From NCBI GenBank assembly GCA_030152425.1, contig JASLJP010000198.1, forward strand, positions 1 through 33,073: a stretch of 33,073 bases of DNA, in the 5' to 3' direction. The notes below the pieces were generated by a model. That model saw only the letters and a list, made by a program, of their open reading frames with translations, was not told the DNA's origin and searched no databases. Origin of the DNA: Aquirhabdus sp. (GTDB lineage: Bacteria; Pseudomonadota; Gammaproteobacteria; Pseudomonadales; Moraxellaceae). Made by a program: the position numbers and the translations under genes. Positions 8,954 to 19,071 of this stretch are shown piece after piece; position 1 is the first letter of the stretch, and every line of letters starts with the position of its first letter.

Positions 8954-8983
8954 GACCAAGCCCATCACAGGATGGGCTTGGTC
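8954..8983 (-). terminator. Strong hairpin downstream of the glycine-zipper gene, possible terminator
   Basis: GACCAAGCCCATC-ACAG-GATGGGCTTGGTC, perfect 13-bp stem; U tract is weak. Confidence 0.55.
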
Positions 8984-8999
8984 GGATGCTGGGGGCGGG

Positions 9000-9392
9000 T
9001 TATTGTGAGTTGCGCTCGCTATAGGCGGTGGCCGCGGCACTGCCCAAAGCCGCGCCAATCGCTGCACCCCCCTCACCGCCGATCATTTCCTGACCGACCA
9101 CAGCGCCGACACCACTGCCAATCGCCGCGCGCACGGCTGTTTTACGATTGCCACCAGCGGTCGAGGCTCCCATACCACCACCCAGCGCGCCGCCGATCGC
9201 CGCACCCGGCGTACCGGCGACATTATTGCCCAGCATTGCGCCGATCGCGCTGCCGCCCGCTGCATAGCCCAGTTGTTGGCCTTGCGGCGACATCGAGGTG
9301 CATGCCGTCATCGCCAGCATTGCGGTCAGTACACTGCCGGCCAGCGCCGCTTTATATCCTGCTTTCAAAATAGCCACTTTGGTCACTGTCAT
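9000..9392 (-). CDS. Glycine-zipper domain lipoprotein
   Basis: Lipobox-like MTAC; repeated GxxxGxxxG motifs (GAAIGGALGG, GAAIGAALG). Confidence 0.85.
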   Translation of the reverse strand: MTVTKVAILKAGYKAALAGSVLTAMLAMTACTSMSPQGQQLGYAAGGSAIGAMLGNNVAGTPGAAIGGALGGGMGASTAGGNRKTAVRAAIGSGVGAVVGQEMIGGEGGAAIGAALGSAAATAYSERNSQ

Positions 9393-9662
9393 TCACCCAT
9401 AAAAAATAATTTTCGCTGCCGTACACGCCCACCCTCGAAAGACAGTCGGTCGTACGACACCCTTGCTGTTTATTACAACAGACCGCGCCGCTGCCTGCAT
9501 GACTAATTTTGGGATGGTTTTGGCATTTCTGTAGGAATTTCAAACAATATGCGGGCAGGATATGCGCAATCAGCGTTTAATTTGCATCGCACAAGTCCTT
9601 CACGATGCAGGGGCGATATGAGAGGATGAGCATCTGTCGGGGATTTAAAGAGTCAGGAAACA

Positions 9663-10355
9663 ATGAAAATTCATGTTTTTCAGCATGTGGCGTTTGAGGG
9701 GCTGGGCAGTATCGAAAACTGGCTGGTGGCGCACGACGCGACGATCAGTTATAGCCACTTCTATCAAGACGCGACACTACCCGATCTGGATCAGATCGAC
9801 GCACTGATCGTGCTGGGCGGGCCGATGAGTGTGCACGATGTACACGACTACCCGTGGCTGGCCGAGGAAGCCGTCTTTATCGCCCGTGCCATCGCCGCAC
9901 AGAAGCCCGTACTGGGGATCTGTCTGGGCGCACAGCTCATCGCCCATAGCTTGGGCGCACGGGTCTATAAAAATGACGTCAAAGAAATCGGCTGGTTTCC
10001 CATCTCCGCCATCCCGCACAGCGACGATGCCTTTCACTTTGCACCGACCAGCACCGTGTTTCATTGGCATGGCGAGACGTTTGATCTACCGCCCGATGCC
10101 ATCCACCTCGCCCAAAGCCATGCCTGCCGCAACCAAGCCTTTCAGCTCGGCCGCCACGTGATCGGCCTGCAGTTCCATCTGGAAACCACGGCGCAGAGTG
10201 CCGATGCGATCATTAGCCATTGCAATGATGAACTGCTGGAGCAGCCCTATATCCAATCCGAATCTGTCCTGCGCGCTGCGCCCGCGAGTCAGTATCAGGC
10301 GGTGAATGCCGTGATGGCGGAAGTGCTGGGGTATCTGCTGGAGGGCAAATTCTAA
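9663..10355 (+). CDS. Class I glutamine amidotransferase (GMP-synthase-like, stand-alone)
   Basis: GGPMSV, GICLGAQL nucleophile Cys, QFHLE His-Glu; AGGA Shine-Dalgarno. Confidence 0.92.
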   Translation: MKIHVFQHVAFEGLGSIENWLVAHDATISYSHFYQDATLPDLDQIDALIVLGGPMSVHDVHDYPWLAEEAVFIARAIAAQKPVLGICLGAQLIAHSLGARVYKNDVKEIGWFPISAIPHSDDAFHFAPTSTVFHWHGETFDLPPDAIHLAQSHACRNQAFQLGRHVIGLQFHLETTAQSADAIISHCNDELLEQPYIQSESVLRAAPASQYQAVNAVMAEVLGYLLEGKF

Positions 10356-10369
10356 AACAGCACCCAACA

Positions 10370-10404
10370 AAAGACCCCAGCACCATACGAATACTGGGGT
10401 CTTT
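10370..10404. terminator. Bidirectional terminator between GATase and tRNA-Ser
   Basis: AAAGACCCCAG...CTGGGGTCTTT inverted repeat. Confidence 0.8.
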
Positions 10405-10434
10405 CACTGTAGCGGAACCTACAGGTCTTACATT

Positions 10435-10525
10435 TGGCGGTGAGAGAGGGATTCGAACCCTCGATATGCTATTAACATATACACACTTTCCAGGCGTGCT
10501 CCTTCAGCCACTCGGACACCTCACC
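10435..10525 (-). tRNA. tRNA-Ser(GGA)
   Basis: GGTGAGG acceptor stem, anticodon loop CTGGAAA, long variable arm, GGTTCGAATCC T-arm, encoded CCA; 91 nt. Confidence 0.97.
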
Positions 10526-10535
10526 AAGGGGCGGT

Positions 10536-10564
10536 AGTCTAACGAAAACTGCGTTGAAAGCCAA
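10536..10564 (-). promoter_or_regulatory. Sigma70 promoter of tRNA-Ser
   Basis: TTGGCT-N17-TAGACT followed by a GC-rich discriminator ACCGCCCC. Confidence 0.65.
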
Positions 10565-10613
10565 TCAGAATTTTTAAGATAGAATCTGTGGCGGTTAGAG
10601 ATTCGGTGCTAAC

Positions 10614-12524
10614 ATGGCGCTATTCAGTACAGATGGGTTTAAACCTATGCAGGTCTCTACGCAACGCCCCGCAATGTCCGCGATGACACTCGCCGCATTG
10701 GGGATCGTTTTTGGGGATATCGGCACCAGCCCCCTCTACGCACTCAAAGAATGTTTCCATGCCGCGCACGGCATTGCGATCACACATCATAATGTGCTGG
10801 GCATCCTGTCTTTGATCTTTTGGTCGCTCATGATCGTGGTCTCGATCAAATATGTCGCGGTCATCATGCATGCCGATAACAACGGCGAAGGCGGGATCAT
10901 GGCGCTGCTGGCACTAAGTCTGCGCAATAAAAAAATCGGTTCCAGAACCCGCGCCGCGCTGGTGGCCATCGGGCTTTTTGGCGCGGCGCTGTTTTTTGGC
11001 GATGGCATCATCACGCCTGCCGTGTCGGTGCTGTCGGCGGTGGAGGGCCTGTCGATCGCGACACCGATCTTCACGCCCTATATCATTCCGATCACCCTTG
11101 CGGTGCTGATCGGGCTGTTTATGATCCAGCGCAATGGTACAGGCTCGGTGGGTCGCTATTTTGGCCCGATCACGCTGCTGTGGTTTATCTCGCTGGGGGT
11201 GATCGGTATCCTCAGCATCGTGCAAAATCCGGCGATCTTGGAGATGGTCAATCCGTATTGGGCGGGCGCTTTTGTCGTGGCGCACCCGGGCATTGCTTTT
11301 TTAGCCATGAGTGCGGTGGTGCTGACCATCACCGGTGGCGAGGCACTATATGCCGACATGGGGCATTTTGGCCGCAAGCCGATTCAGTTGGCGTGGTTCT
11401 TTGTGGTGCTGCCATGTCTGCTGCTCAACTATGCCGGTCAGGGTGCACTGCTGCTGCGTGACCCGACCTCGGTGGAAAATCCTTTTTATAAACTGGTGCC
11501 AGAAATCGCGCTATACCCCATGATCGTGCTGGCGACCATCGCGACGGTGATCGCGTCGCAAGCAGTGATTTCAGGCGTGTTTTCGATAGCGCGGCAGGCG
11601 ATGCAACTGGGCTATTTGCCGCGTTTTACCGTCCTGCATACCTCAGAGTCCGAGATCGGACAGATCTATATTCCATTTTTAAACTGGCTGCTGCTGTCGG
11701 CGATTCTGGTGCTGGTGGTGATGTTTAAATCCAGCTCCAATCTGGCGGCGGCCTATGGTCTGGCGGTGACCATGACCATGCTGTGCGATACGCTGCTGGT
11801 CGGTTTCGTCATGTACAGCATGTGGCGCTGGAGCAAGGTCAAGGTACTGCTGATCGTGGTGCCGTTCTTTATCCTCGATCTGGTGTTCTTTGGCGCGACC
11901 TCGCTCAAGATCATCGCCGGTGGCTGGTTCCCGCTGCTGGTGGGTGTGATCGCCTTCACCATCATGATGACATGGAAACGGGGTCGTGAGCTGCTGCTGT
12001 CCAAGCTACAGATGGAGACGCTGCCGCTGGATCTGTTTATCAACAGCGTGACGACTTCGGCGCATACCGTGCAGGGTACGGCGATCTTTATGACCGCCAG
12101 CCAGACGGTGGTGCCCCATGCACTGCTGCACAACTTAAAGCACAACAAGATCTTGCATGAAACCAATATCTTGATGACAGTGATCACCGAGGATGTGCCG
12201 TATATCGCGGAAGAAAAACGCATCACGGTCGAGCGGATCAATGAACGGTTTTATCGACTGGTGGCGCGCTATGGCTTTAAAGAGCAGCCCAACGTGCCAG
12301 TAGCGGTAGAGTATGGCTTGGAGCAGCTCAAACTGCCGTTCGACATGATGATGATCAGCTTCTTTGTCTCGCGCGAGCGGATTCTGCATACCGTGGGCGA
12401 TGGCATGTCGCCGTGGCGTGAAAAACTGTTTATCTCGATGTCGCGCAACACCAGTGCGGTCAGCGACTTTTTCCAGATCCCGACTAACCGTGTCGTGGAG
12501 ATGGGCAGTCAGATCGAGATCTAA
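10614..12524 (+). CDS. kup: Potassium transporter Kup (start possibly 10647)
   Basis: [33 protein letters not shown] and C-terminal [11 protein letters not shown]. Confidence 0.97.
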   Translation: MALFSTDGFKPMQVSTQRPAMSAMTLAALGIVFGDIGTSPLYALKECFHAAHGIAITHHNVLGILSLIFWSLMIVVSIKYVAVIMHADNNGEGGIMALLALSLRNKKIGSRTRAALVAIGLFGAALFFGDGIITPAVSVLSAVEGLSIATPIFTPYIIPITLAVLIGLFMIQRNGTGSVGRYFGPITLLWFISLGVIGILSIVQNPAILEMVNPYWAGAFVVAHPGIAFLAMSAVVLTITGGEALYADMGHFGRKPIQLAWFFVVLPCLLLNYAGQGALLLRDPTSVENPFYKLVPEIALYPMIVLATIATVIASQAVISGVFSIARQAMQLGYLPRFTVLHTSESEIGQIYIPFLNWLLLSAILVLVVMFKSSSNLAAAYGLAVTMTMLCDTLLVGFVMYSMWRWSKVKVLLIVVPFFILDLVFFGATSLKIIAGGWFPLLVGVIAFTIMMTWKRGRELLLSKLQMETLPLDLFINSVTTSAHTVQGTAIFMTASQTVVPHALLHNLKHNKILHETNILMTVITEDVPYIAEEKRITVERINERFYRLVARYGFKEQPNVPVAVEYGLEQLKLPFDMMMISFFVSRERILHTVGDGMSPWREKLFISMSRNTSAVSDFFQIPTNRVVEMGSQIEI

Positions 12525-12583
12525 GGCGGTCTAGACATGCCCCGACAGGTCTGACCTGCAGGGGCTATTTTTTGTTTGATGTG

Positions 12584-13636
12584 ATGAAAAACCTATCCAT
12601 GTTTGCCCAGCGTATATCCCCCTCGCCACTATTGATCCTGATCATTGCACTGAGCGGCAGCCCCGTGCTGCATGCCGAAAGCGCGACGGCCTATGCGCCT
12701 GCAGGCTATGCACCACATAGCGCCACGGCCAGTGCCCCGCCATCGCAGACCGATGCCGAGGAAGACGACGGGCGCTCGCCGCCGGAATGTACCGTCAACT
12801 ACTATCTGGGCGATGCGCCCAACTTCGTCAACCCCAAGCTGGCGACCAACACCACCGAGCTGTGCTTTGATGGGTTTACCGTGATGTACTCCGGCGTGAC
12901 GCGGACGCCGCTGTGGTCGGCGCAGCACCTGACCCGCGCACGGATCGAAGGGGCACAGACCCTGAGCCGGTTGAACAACTTTCATGAAGAAACCAAGCTG
13001 CCTTTCGATCAGCGCGCGACGCTCAACGACTATAAGGGCAGCGGCTATGACCGGGGCCATATGTCCCCCAATGGCGATATGGGCACGCGTGAGCAGCAGT
13101 TTAATAGTTTTTCGCTGGCCAATATCGTGCCGCAAGATCGCTATAACAACCAGCACCCTTGGCGTGCGCTGGAAGAAGCCACCCGTGAACTGGTCAAGCT
13201 GGAAGGTGAGGCCTATGTGATCACCGGCGCGGCGTTTATCGGCGATGAATTTCGCCAGATCGGCAACGTGGTCGTGCCTTCGGATGTGTTTAAGGTGGTG
13301 TATTTCCCGCGCAGACAGGCGGCTGGGGTGTATTTTGCACCGAATGACGCGTCAAATCAGGTGGAGGTGATCAGTCTGGCCGAGCTGAATCGCCGTATCG
13401 GACTGGATCTGATGCCCAGTCTGCCCGAGGTGGTCAAAAAACGGCGGGTGGATATGCCCTTGAACACCACGTGGGCGCAGCGCAGTAGCGAATTTACCGT
13501 GGGGCAGCGGACGGTGGCGACCTCTAGCGGTGACCATCGCCCTACAAACTATGGGATATCGAGCAACTCACAGCTCACCCCGGCGCAGCGCAATTTGCTA
13601 AAACGCATGTGGCGCGCGCTGTGGGAGCTCAAATAA
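12584..13636 (+). CDS. Secreted DNA/RNA non-specific endonuclease (start uncertain, 12572-12599)
   Basis: Signal peptide; GYDRGHMSP active-site motif, NIVPQ, W..LE. Confidence 0.9.
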   Translation: MKNLSMFAQRISPSPLLILIIALSGSPVLHAESATAYAPAGYAPHSATASAPPSQTDAEEDDGRSPPECTVNYYLGDAPNFVNPKLATNTTELCFDGFTVMYSGVTRTPLWSAQHLTRARIEGAQTLSRLNNFHEETKLPFDQRATLNDYKGSGYDRGHMSPNGDMGTREQQFNSFSLANIVPQDRYNNQHPWRALEEATRELVKLEGEAYVITGAAFIGDEFRQIGNVVVPSDVFKVVYFPRRQAAGVYFAPNDASNQVEVISLAELNRRIGLDLMPSLPEVVKKRRVDMPLNTTWAQRSSEFTVGQRTVATSSGDHRPTNYGISSNSQLTPAQRNLLKRMWRALWELK

Positions 13637-13641
13637 AAGCA

Positions 13642-14295
13642 TCACGCGCCGACGCGATAGCTGCGCAGGAAGCGCTGCACGATCTCACGCGCATAGGCCG
13701 CGCTGGCTGCGGCGTCACTCTGGGTGTCGATGCCCAAGATACGGCGAAAGTGAGTACAGCCACTAAACGACGATAAGAAATACTCCGCCGCCATAGTCAC
13801 ATCGGGGATATCGAGTTTGCGCTGATCATGCGCTTGCTGCAGCAGGCGCGCCATCTCATTGATCGCACGCTGGGGTCCAGCATTGAAAAACAATAAGGTC
13901 AGCGCCGGATTTTGCGCGGCCATGCCCACCATCAGACGATGCAGGTCTATCGCCTCCGCGTCATTCAACATATCCTGAAAACGACAGGCCACGGTATAGA
14001 GCGCCTGCTCGATCGGCGCTTCGAGCGCCAAATCAAAGCACAGTGGCGGGAGACGATTGGCGCAATGTCCTTCGATCGCAGCGGAAAACAGCGATTCTTT
14101 GTCATTAAAATGACTGTATACCGTGAGCTTGGATACGCCCGCCTCGGCCGCGATGGCATCCATGCTGGTTCCGTCATAGCCCAACTTTAAAAACAGCGTC
14201 TTGGCGGCCTGCAGGATGGCAGCACGCTTGGCCAGATCTTTGGGACGACCGGGGGCAGTGGGCTGAGCGAGGGTAGCTGTCGTCGCGATAGTCAT
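13642..14295 (-). CDS. TetR/AcrR-family repressor, MexL-like
   Basis: GRPKDLAKRAAILQAA...GVSKLTVYSHF HTH; divergent from the RND operon. ATG at 14295 chosen as start. Confidence 0.92.
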   Translation of the reverse strand: MTIATTATLAQPTAPGRPKDLAKRAAILQAAKTLFLKLGYDGTSMDAIAAEAGVSKLTVYSHFNDKESLFSAAIEGHCANRLPPLCFDLALEAPIEQALYTVACRFQDMLNDAEAIDLHRLMVGMAAQNPALTLLFFNAGPQRAINEMARLLQQAHDQRKLDIPDVTMAAEYFLSSFSGCTHFRRILGIDTQSDAAASAAYAREIVQRFLRSYRVGA

Positions 14296-14373
14296 GGTGA
14301 ACGGTTTACTCCAGCCCGCAGGCAAATTCGTACGGCTTGGTACAAAATAGTTGCCAAATAGTGAACTATGGGG

Positions 14374-14406
14374 TTTACTAATGTTTCTATACTGCATAGT
14401 ATAGCA
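14374..14406. promoter_or_regulatory. Overlapping divergent promoters with TetR operator CTATACT-N4-AGTATAG (14387-14404)
   Basis: Plus strand TTTACT-N17-TAGTAT; minus strand extended -10 TGcTATACT; the palindrome covers both -10 hexamers. Confidence 0.75.
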
Positions 14407-14498
14407 ATTATTCACCGCATCGACGAAAATTTGTGCTAATTTCAGACGACCCGCTGAACAGCGCACAATAAAGCAAAAAGTATACGAGGATCGCTCCC

Positions 14499-15683
14499 AT
14501 GTCTCAGTCACGCTATCCGCGTCACATCAGCACGACATTGGCCACGACTGTGGCTACCACAGTCGCTGCCACGCTGCTCTTGACTGCCTGCGGCCATAAA
14601 GAAGCCCCGCCTCCGCCCCCCCGTCCAGCGATGGTGGTCCAGCCCGTCACCGCCAGCACCGCGCTCAATAGCTATGCCGGTGTGGTCACCGCCCGTGTCC
14701 AGCCCCAACTGGCGTTTCGGATCGGCGGCAAGGTGATCAAGCGCATGGTCGATGCCGGAGATCGCGTGACACGCGGCCAATTGCTCGCCGAGCTGGACCC
14801 GCAAGATGCGCAACTCCAACGCAGCTCCGCAGAAGCACAACTGGCCAGCGCCGTCTCCAATGAGCGCGTGGCTAAAGCCGAGCTGGCACGTTATCAGCAG
14901 TTGCTCGCCCCGAACGCCATCAGCCGCTCACAGTTTGATCAGGTCGAAAACCAATACAAATCAGCCGTCTCGGCACTGCAACAAGCCAAATCGCAATACA
15001 ACGTCGCAACGAACCAAACCGACTACACCCAACTGCGCGCGCCGACCAATGGCGTGGTGGTGCAGCGTCTGGTTGAGGCCGGACAGGTCGTGGCTGCGGG
15101 TCAATCGGTCTATACCCTGGCCGCCGCGGGCGACCGTGAGGTGCTGATCGGCCTGCCGGAGCAGGATGTGCCGCGCTTTCGCATCGGCCAAGCCGTGACG
15201 GTGACCGTGTGGTCACAGCCTGATGCACGCTTCCCCGCCCATGTCCGCGAGCTATCGCCGGCTGCGGATGACTCCCGCACCTTTGCTACGCGCATCACCT
15301 TTGACAACCCGAATGCACCGGTCGATATCGGCCAGAGCGCTCGGGTCTATGCCGCCGATGCGCGTACCGCATCGGCACTGTCCGTACCGCTGTCTGCGGT
15401 GACCGCCGAACAGGGCGCGCCCTATGTCTGGGTACTGGATCCGGCGACGTCGACCATCAAACGCACCATGGTCACGCTGGGCACCTATGACCGTGAGTCT
15501 GTGCCAGTACTGTCCGGTCTGAAACCGTCGGACTGGGTGGTGGTGGCCGGTGTACAACTGCTGCACGATGGGCAGAAGATCCAAGCCGTAGACCGCCAGA
15601 ACCGCGTGGTGACGTCCCAAAGTGGAGTACACGCCAGTGCAGCACCGCAAGCCGTAACCACCACGACCGTGTCCACGAAATAA
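14499..15683 (+). CDS. RND efflux periplasmic adaptor, MexJ-like lipoprotein
   Basis: Lipobox LTAC; LAFRIGGKV, GQLLAELD and LRAP..GVV adaptor motifs. Confidence 0.93.
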   Translation: MSQSRYPRHISTTLATTVATTVAATLLLTACGHKEAPPPPPRPAMVVQPVTASTALNSYAGVVTARVQPQLAFRIGGKVIKRMVDAGDRVTRGQLLAELDPQDAQLQRSSAEAQLASAVSNERVAKAELARYQQLLAPNAISRSQFDQVENQYKSAVSALQQAKSQYNVATNQTDYTQLRAPTNGVVVQRLVEAGQVVAAGQSVYTLAAAGDREVLIGLPEQDVPRFRIGQAVTVTVWSQPDARFPAHVRELSPAADDSRTFATRITFDNPNAPVDIGQSARVYAADARTASALSVPLSAVTAEQGAPYVWVLDPATSTIKRTMVTLGTYDRESVPVLSGLKPSDWVVVAGVQLLHDGQKIQAVDRQNRVVTSQSGVHASAAPQAVTTTTVSTK

Positions 15684-15693
15684 GGTTAATGCC

Positions 15694-18600
15694 ATGAACT
15701 TTAATCTCTCTGCGTGGGCGCTACGCAACCGCCAACTGGTGCTGTATTTCATGATCCTGCTCGGGATCATCGGCGCGCTGTCCTATAAAAAACTCGGTCA
15801 GAGCGAAGACCCGCCGTTTACCTTTAAGGTGATGGTGGTGCAGACCTATTGGCCGGGCGCCAATGCCGAGGAGGTGTCGAAGCTGATCACCGATCCGGTC
15901 GAAAAGAAACTGATGGAAACCGGCAACTACGACAAAATCATCTCCTATTCGCGGCCGGGCGAGTCGTTGGTGACTTTTATCGCGCGCGATTCGATGCACT
16001 CCAGCGAGATTCCCGAACTGTGGTATCAGGTGCGCAAAAAGATCGGCGATATCAAGCAAAACCTACCCGCCGGAGTGCAAGGGCCGTTTTTTAACGACGA
16101 ATTTGGCGATACCTACGGCAATATCTATGCGCTGACCGGCAAAGGCTTTGACTATGCCGTGCTCAAAGACTACGCCGACCGCATCCAGCTCGAACTGGAA
16201 AACGTGCCCGATGTCTCCAAGGTCGATCTGCTCGGTCTGCAAAGTGAAAAAATCTGGGTCGAGGTGTCGAACACCAAAGTCGCCAGCCTCGGCATTCCGC
16301 TCTCTGTCGTGCAACAAGCGCTAAATGCGCAGAATGCCATTACCTCGGCTGGCTTCTTTGAGACGCCGACCGACCGTATTCAACTGCGCGTCAGCGGCCG
16401 CTTTAAAACCGTCGACGAGATTCGCAATTTCCCGATCCAGATCGGCAATCGCACCTTGGTGCTGGATAATATCGCTGATGTGCATCGCGGCTTTAGCGAT
16501 CCGGCGCAGCCGCGTATGCGCTTTATGGGGCAGGATGCCATTGGCATCGAAGTCTCGATGAAAGCCGGCGGTGACATCTTGGCGCTGGGTAAAAACCTGC
16601 AAGACAGCTTTGCCAAAGTGCAGCAAACCCTGCCGGTGGGCATGACACTGAGCAAGGTCTCTGATCAGCCTGCGGCGGTGAAAGCTGGAGTCAGTGAATT
16701 TGTCGACGCGCTGGCTGAGGCGGTGATCATCGTCTTGATCGTGAGCTTCTTTTCATTGGGCTTTCGTACCGGTACGGTGGTGGCACTGGCCATCCCGCTG
16801 GTACTGGCCATCACCTTTGCGGTGATGCACTACTTCAACATTGGCTTGCACAAGATTTCTCTGGGTGCGCTGGTGCTGGCGCTGGGCTTGCTGGTCGACG
16901 ATGCGATCATCGCTGTCGAGATGATGTCGATCAAGATGGAGCAGGGTCTCAGCCGTCTACAAGCCGCGACGTTCGCGTGGAACTCCACGGCATTCCCAAT
17001 GCTGACCGGCACCCTGATCACGGCGGCGGGCTTTTTGCCCATCGCCACGGCGGCGTCGAGTACCGGTGAATACACCCGCTCGATCTTCGAGGTGGTGACC
17101 ATTGCCCTGCTGGTCTCGTGGCTGGCGGCGGTGATCTTTGTGCCGTATTTGGGCGATCTGCTGCTGCCCGACTATGCCAAACTGCGCGCCAAAGCACGCG
17201 CCAAGATCGTAGCCGCAGAGAGCGGCAAGGCCAAACCTTCGCTCAAAGAACGCTTTTTTCCCAAAAATGCGCCGAATGCCGAAATAGACAACGACAATGA
17301 GCCACCGGTGGTCACGGCGGTCGAGCCGCATCATGACCCCTACGCCAGCAAGTTCTACACGCGCTTCCGCGCGGCGGTCGAGTGGTGTCTGACCTATCGC
17401 AAGACGGTGATCGCCATTACCGTGGGTGCGTTTATCGCCTCGATTTTCCTGTTTAGCTTTGTGCCGCAGCAGTTTTTCCCGTCGTCCAACCGTCTGGAGC
17501 TGATGGTCGATCTGAAACTGACTGAGGGCGCATCGCTGACGGCGACCGAAACGCAGGCCAAGAAACTTGAAGCCCTGCTGAAAACGCAAAAGGGCATCGA
17601 CAACTATGTCAGCTATATCGGAACTGGCTCACCGCGCTTCTATCTGCCGCTGGATCAGCAATTGCCACAGGCCAGCTTTGCCCAGTTCGTGATCTTGGCC
17701 AAGACGCTGGAAGACCGTGAGCGGCTGCGCACCTGGCTGATCCATACCATGGACCACGATTTTCCCGATATCCGCACCCGCGTCTCACGACTCGAGAATG
17801 GCCCTCCGGTCGGCTATCCGGTACAGTTCCGCGTCTCGGGTGAGGACATCCATGACGTGCGTATGCTGGCGCGTCAGGTGGCGGCCAAGGTGCAGGAAAA
17901 CCCGCATGTGGTCAACGTCCACCTCGACTGGGAAGAGCCGAGTAAGTCGATATTCCTGAATCTCGACCAGAATCGCGCCCGTGCGCTGGGGGTGAATAGT
18001 CAGGATCTGGCCAACTTCCTGCAGAGCGCCCTGACGGGGGTCACTGTGAGTCAGTTCCGCGAGAACAAATCGCTGATCGACATCCAATTGCGCGGCCTGT
18101 CGCTGGAACGCAACGCGGTGAATCAGCTCAGCAGTCTGGCTGTGCCGACCAGCAACGGCGGCACCGTGCCCCTGTCGCAAATTGCCACGCTGGAGTATGG
18201 CTTTGAAGAAGGCATCATCTGGCGACGTAATCGTCTACCGACGGTGACCGTGCGCGCCGATATCTATGACGCCACCCAGCCGGTGACACTGGTCAACCAG
18301 ATCTCGCCGACACTGGATGCGATCCGCGCCAAGCTACCGACGGGCTATGTGCTGGCTGTGGGCGGCACGGTCGAGGACTCGGCACGCGGCCAAAACTCGG
18401 TCAATGCCGGTATGCCGCTGTTTCTGGTGGTGGTGATCACGCTGCTGATGCTACAACTGCGCAGTATTTCGCGCTCGATCATCGTCTTCCTGACTGCGCC
18501 GCTGGGGCTGATCGGCGTCACCCTCTTCCTGCTGCTGTTTAACCAGCCGTTTGGGTTTGTCGCGATGCTCGGCACCATCGCACTGTCCGGCATGATCATG

Positions 18601-18891
18601 CGCAACTCGTTGATCCTCATCGACCAGATCGAGCAGGACATCGAGGCAGGTCTACCGCCTTGGGATGCGGTAATCGAGGCGACGGTGCGCCGTCTGCGCC
18701 CGATCATCCTCACGGCGCTGGCTGCGGTACTGGCGATGATCCCGCTGACCGCCAGCGTGTTCTTTGGTCCAATGGCGGTGGCGATCATGGGCGGCCTGAT
18801 CGTGGCGACGGTGCTGACCCTGCTGTTCCTGCCTGCGCTCTACGCAGCATGGTTCAAGGTCAAGAAAACCGCGCCAACCCACGCCAGCTAA
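15694..18891 (+). CDS. RND efflux permease, MexK-like
   Basis: MNFNLSAWAL, LGQSEDPPFTFK, GLLVDDAII, RLRPIILT; strongly resembles P. aeruginosa MexK as recalled. Confidence 0.95.
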   Translation: MNFNLSAWALRNRQLVLYFMILLGIIGALSYKKLGQSEDPPFTFKVMVVQTYWPGANAEEVSKLITDPVEKKLMETGNYDKIISYSRPGESLVTFIARDSMHSSEIPELWYQVRKKIGDIKQNLPAGVQGPFFNDEFGDTYGNIYALTGKGFDYAVLKDYADRIQLELENVPDVSKVDLLGLQSEKIWVEVSNTKVASLGIPLSVVQQALNAQNAITSAGFFETPTDRIQLRVSGRFKTVDEIRNFPIQIGNRTLVLDNIADVHRGFSDPAQPRMRFMGQDAIGIEVSMKAGGDILALGKNLQDSFAKVQQTLPVGMTLSKVSDQPAAVKAGVSEFVDALAEAVIIVLIVSFFSLGFRTGTVVALAIPLVLAITFAVMHYFNIGLHKISLGALVLALGLLVDDAIIAVEMMSIKMEQGLSRLQAATFAWNSTAFPMLTGTLITAAGFLPIATAASSTGEYTRSIFEVVTIALLVSWLAAVIFVPYLGDLLLPDYAKLRAKARAKIVAAESGKAKPSLKERFFPKNAPNAEIDNDNEPPVVTAVEPHHDPYASKFYTRFRAAVEWCLTYRKTVIAITVGAFIASIFLFSFVPQQFFPSSNRLELMVDLKLTEGASLTATETQAKKLEALLKTQKGIDNYVSYIGTGSPRFYLPLDQQLPQASFAQFVILAKTLEDRERLRTWLIHTMDHDFPDIRTRVSRLENGPPVGYPVQFRVSGEDIHDVRMLARQVAAKVQENPHVVNVHLDWEEPSKSIFLNLDQNRARALGVNSQDLANFLQSALTGVTVSQFRENKSLIDIQLRGLSLERNAVNQLSSLAVPTSNGGTVPLSQIATLEYGFEEGIIWRRNRLPTVTVRADIYDATQPVTLVNQISPTLDAIRAKLPTGYVLAVGGTVEDSARGQNSVNAGMPLFLVVVITLLMLQLRSISRSIIVFLTAPLGLIGVTLFLLLFNQPFGFVAMLGTIALSGMIMRNSLILIDQIEQDIEAGLPPWDAVIEATVRRLRPIILTALAAVLAMIPLTASVFFGPMAVAIMGGLIVATVLTLLFLPALYAAWFKVKKTAPTHAS

Positions 18892-18910
18892 ACGTTTCGG
18901 CTCAGTGACG

Positions 18911-18947
18911 GTGCCCATCCTGCCCCTGTGGCGGGGTGGGCATTTTT
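18911..18947 (+). terminator. Intrinsic terminator of the RND operon
   Basis: TGCCCATCCTGCC/GGCGGGGTGGGCA stem (with G:U pairs) followed by TTTTT. Confidence 0.8.
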
Positions 18948-19018
18948 ATGCAATGGCGTATTAGCAGCAAACAAACTATCTACCACGAAAATCCTGCGAT
19001 AGTCCTGCTAAAAACCCA

Positions 19019-19044
19019 TTGAAACTAGACGGCGCGCGCCTTAT
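19019..19044 (+). promoter_or_regulatory. Putative sigma32 (RpoH) promoter of prlC
   Basis: TTGAAA-N14-CCTTAT, close to the TTGAAA/CCCCAT consensus; prlC belongs to the E. coli RpoH regulon. Confidence 0.55.
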
Positions 19045-19071
19045 TAATAGCAGATAGATTTCCTAGAACAG

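Noticed and set aside
14296..14511. 72-aa N-terminal extension of the TetR ORF
   Set aside because: It runs through the AT-rich promoter/operator region and overlaps the adaptor start; the TetR domain begins near ATG 14295.
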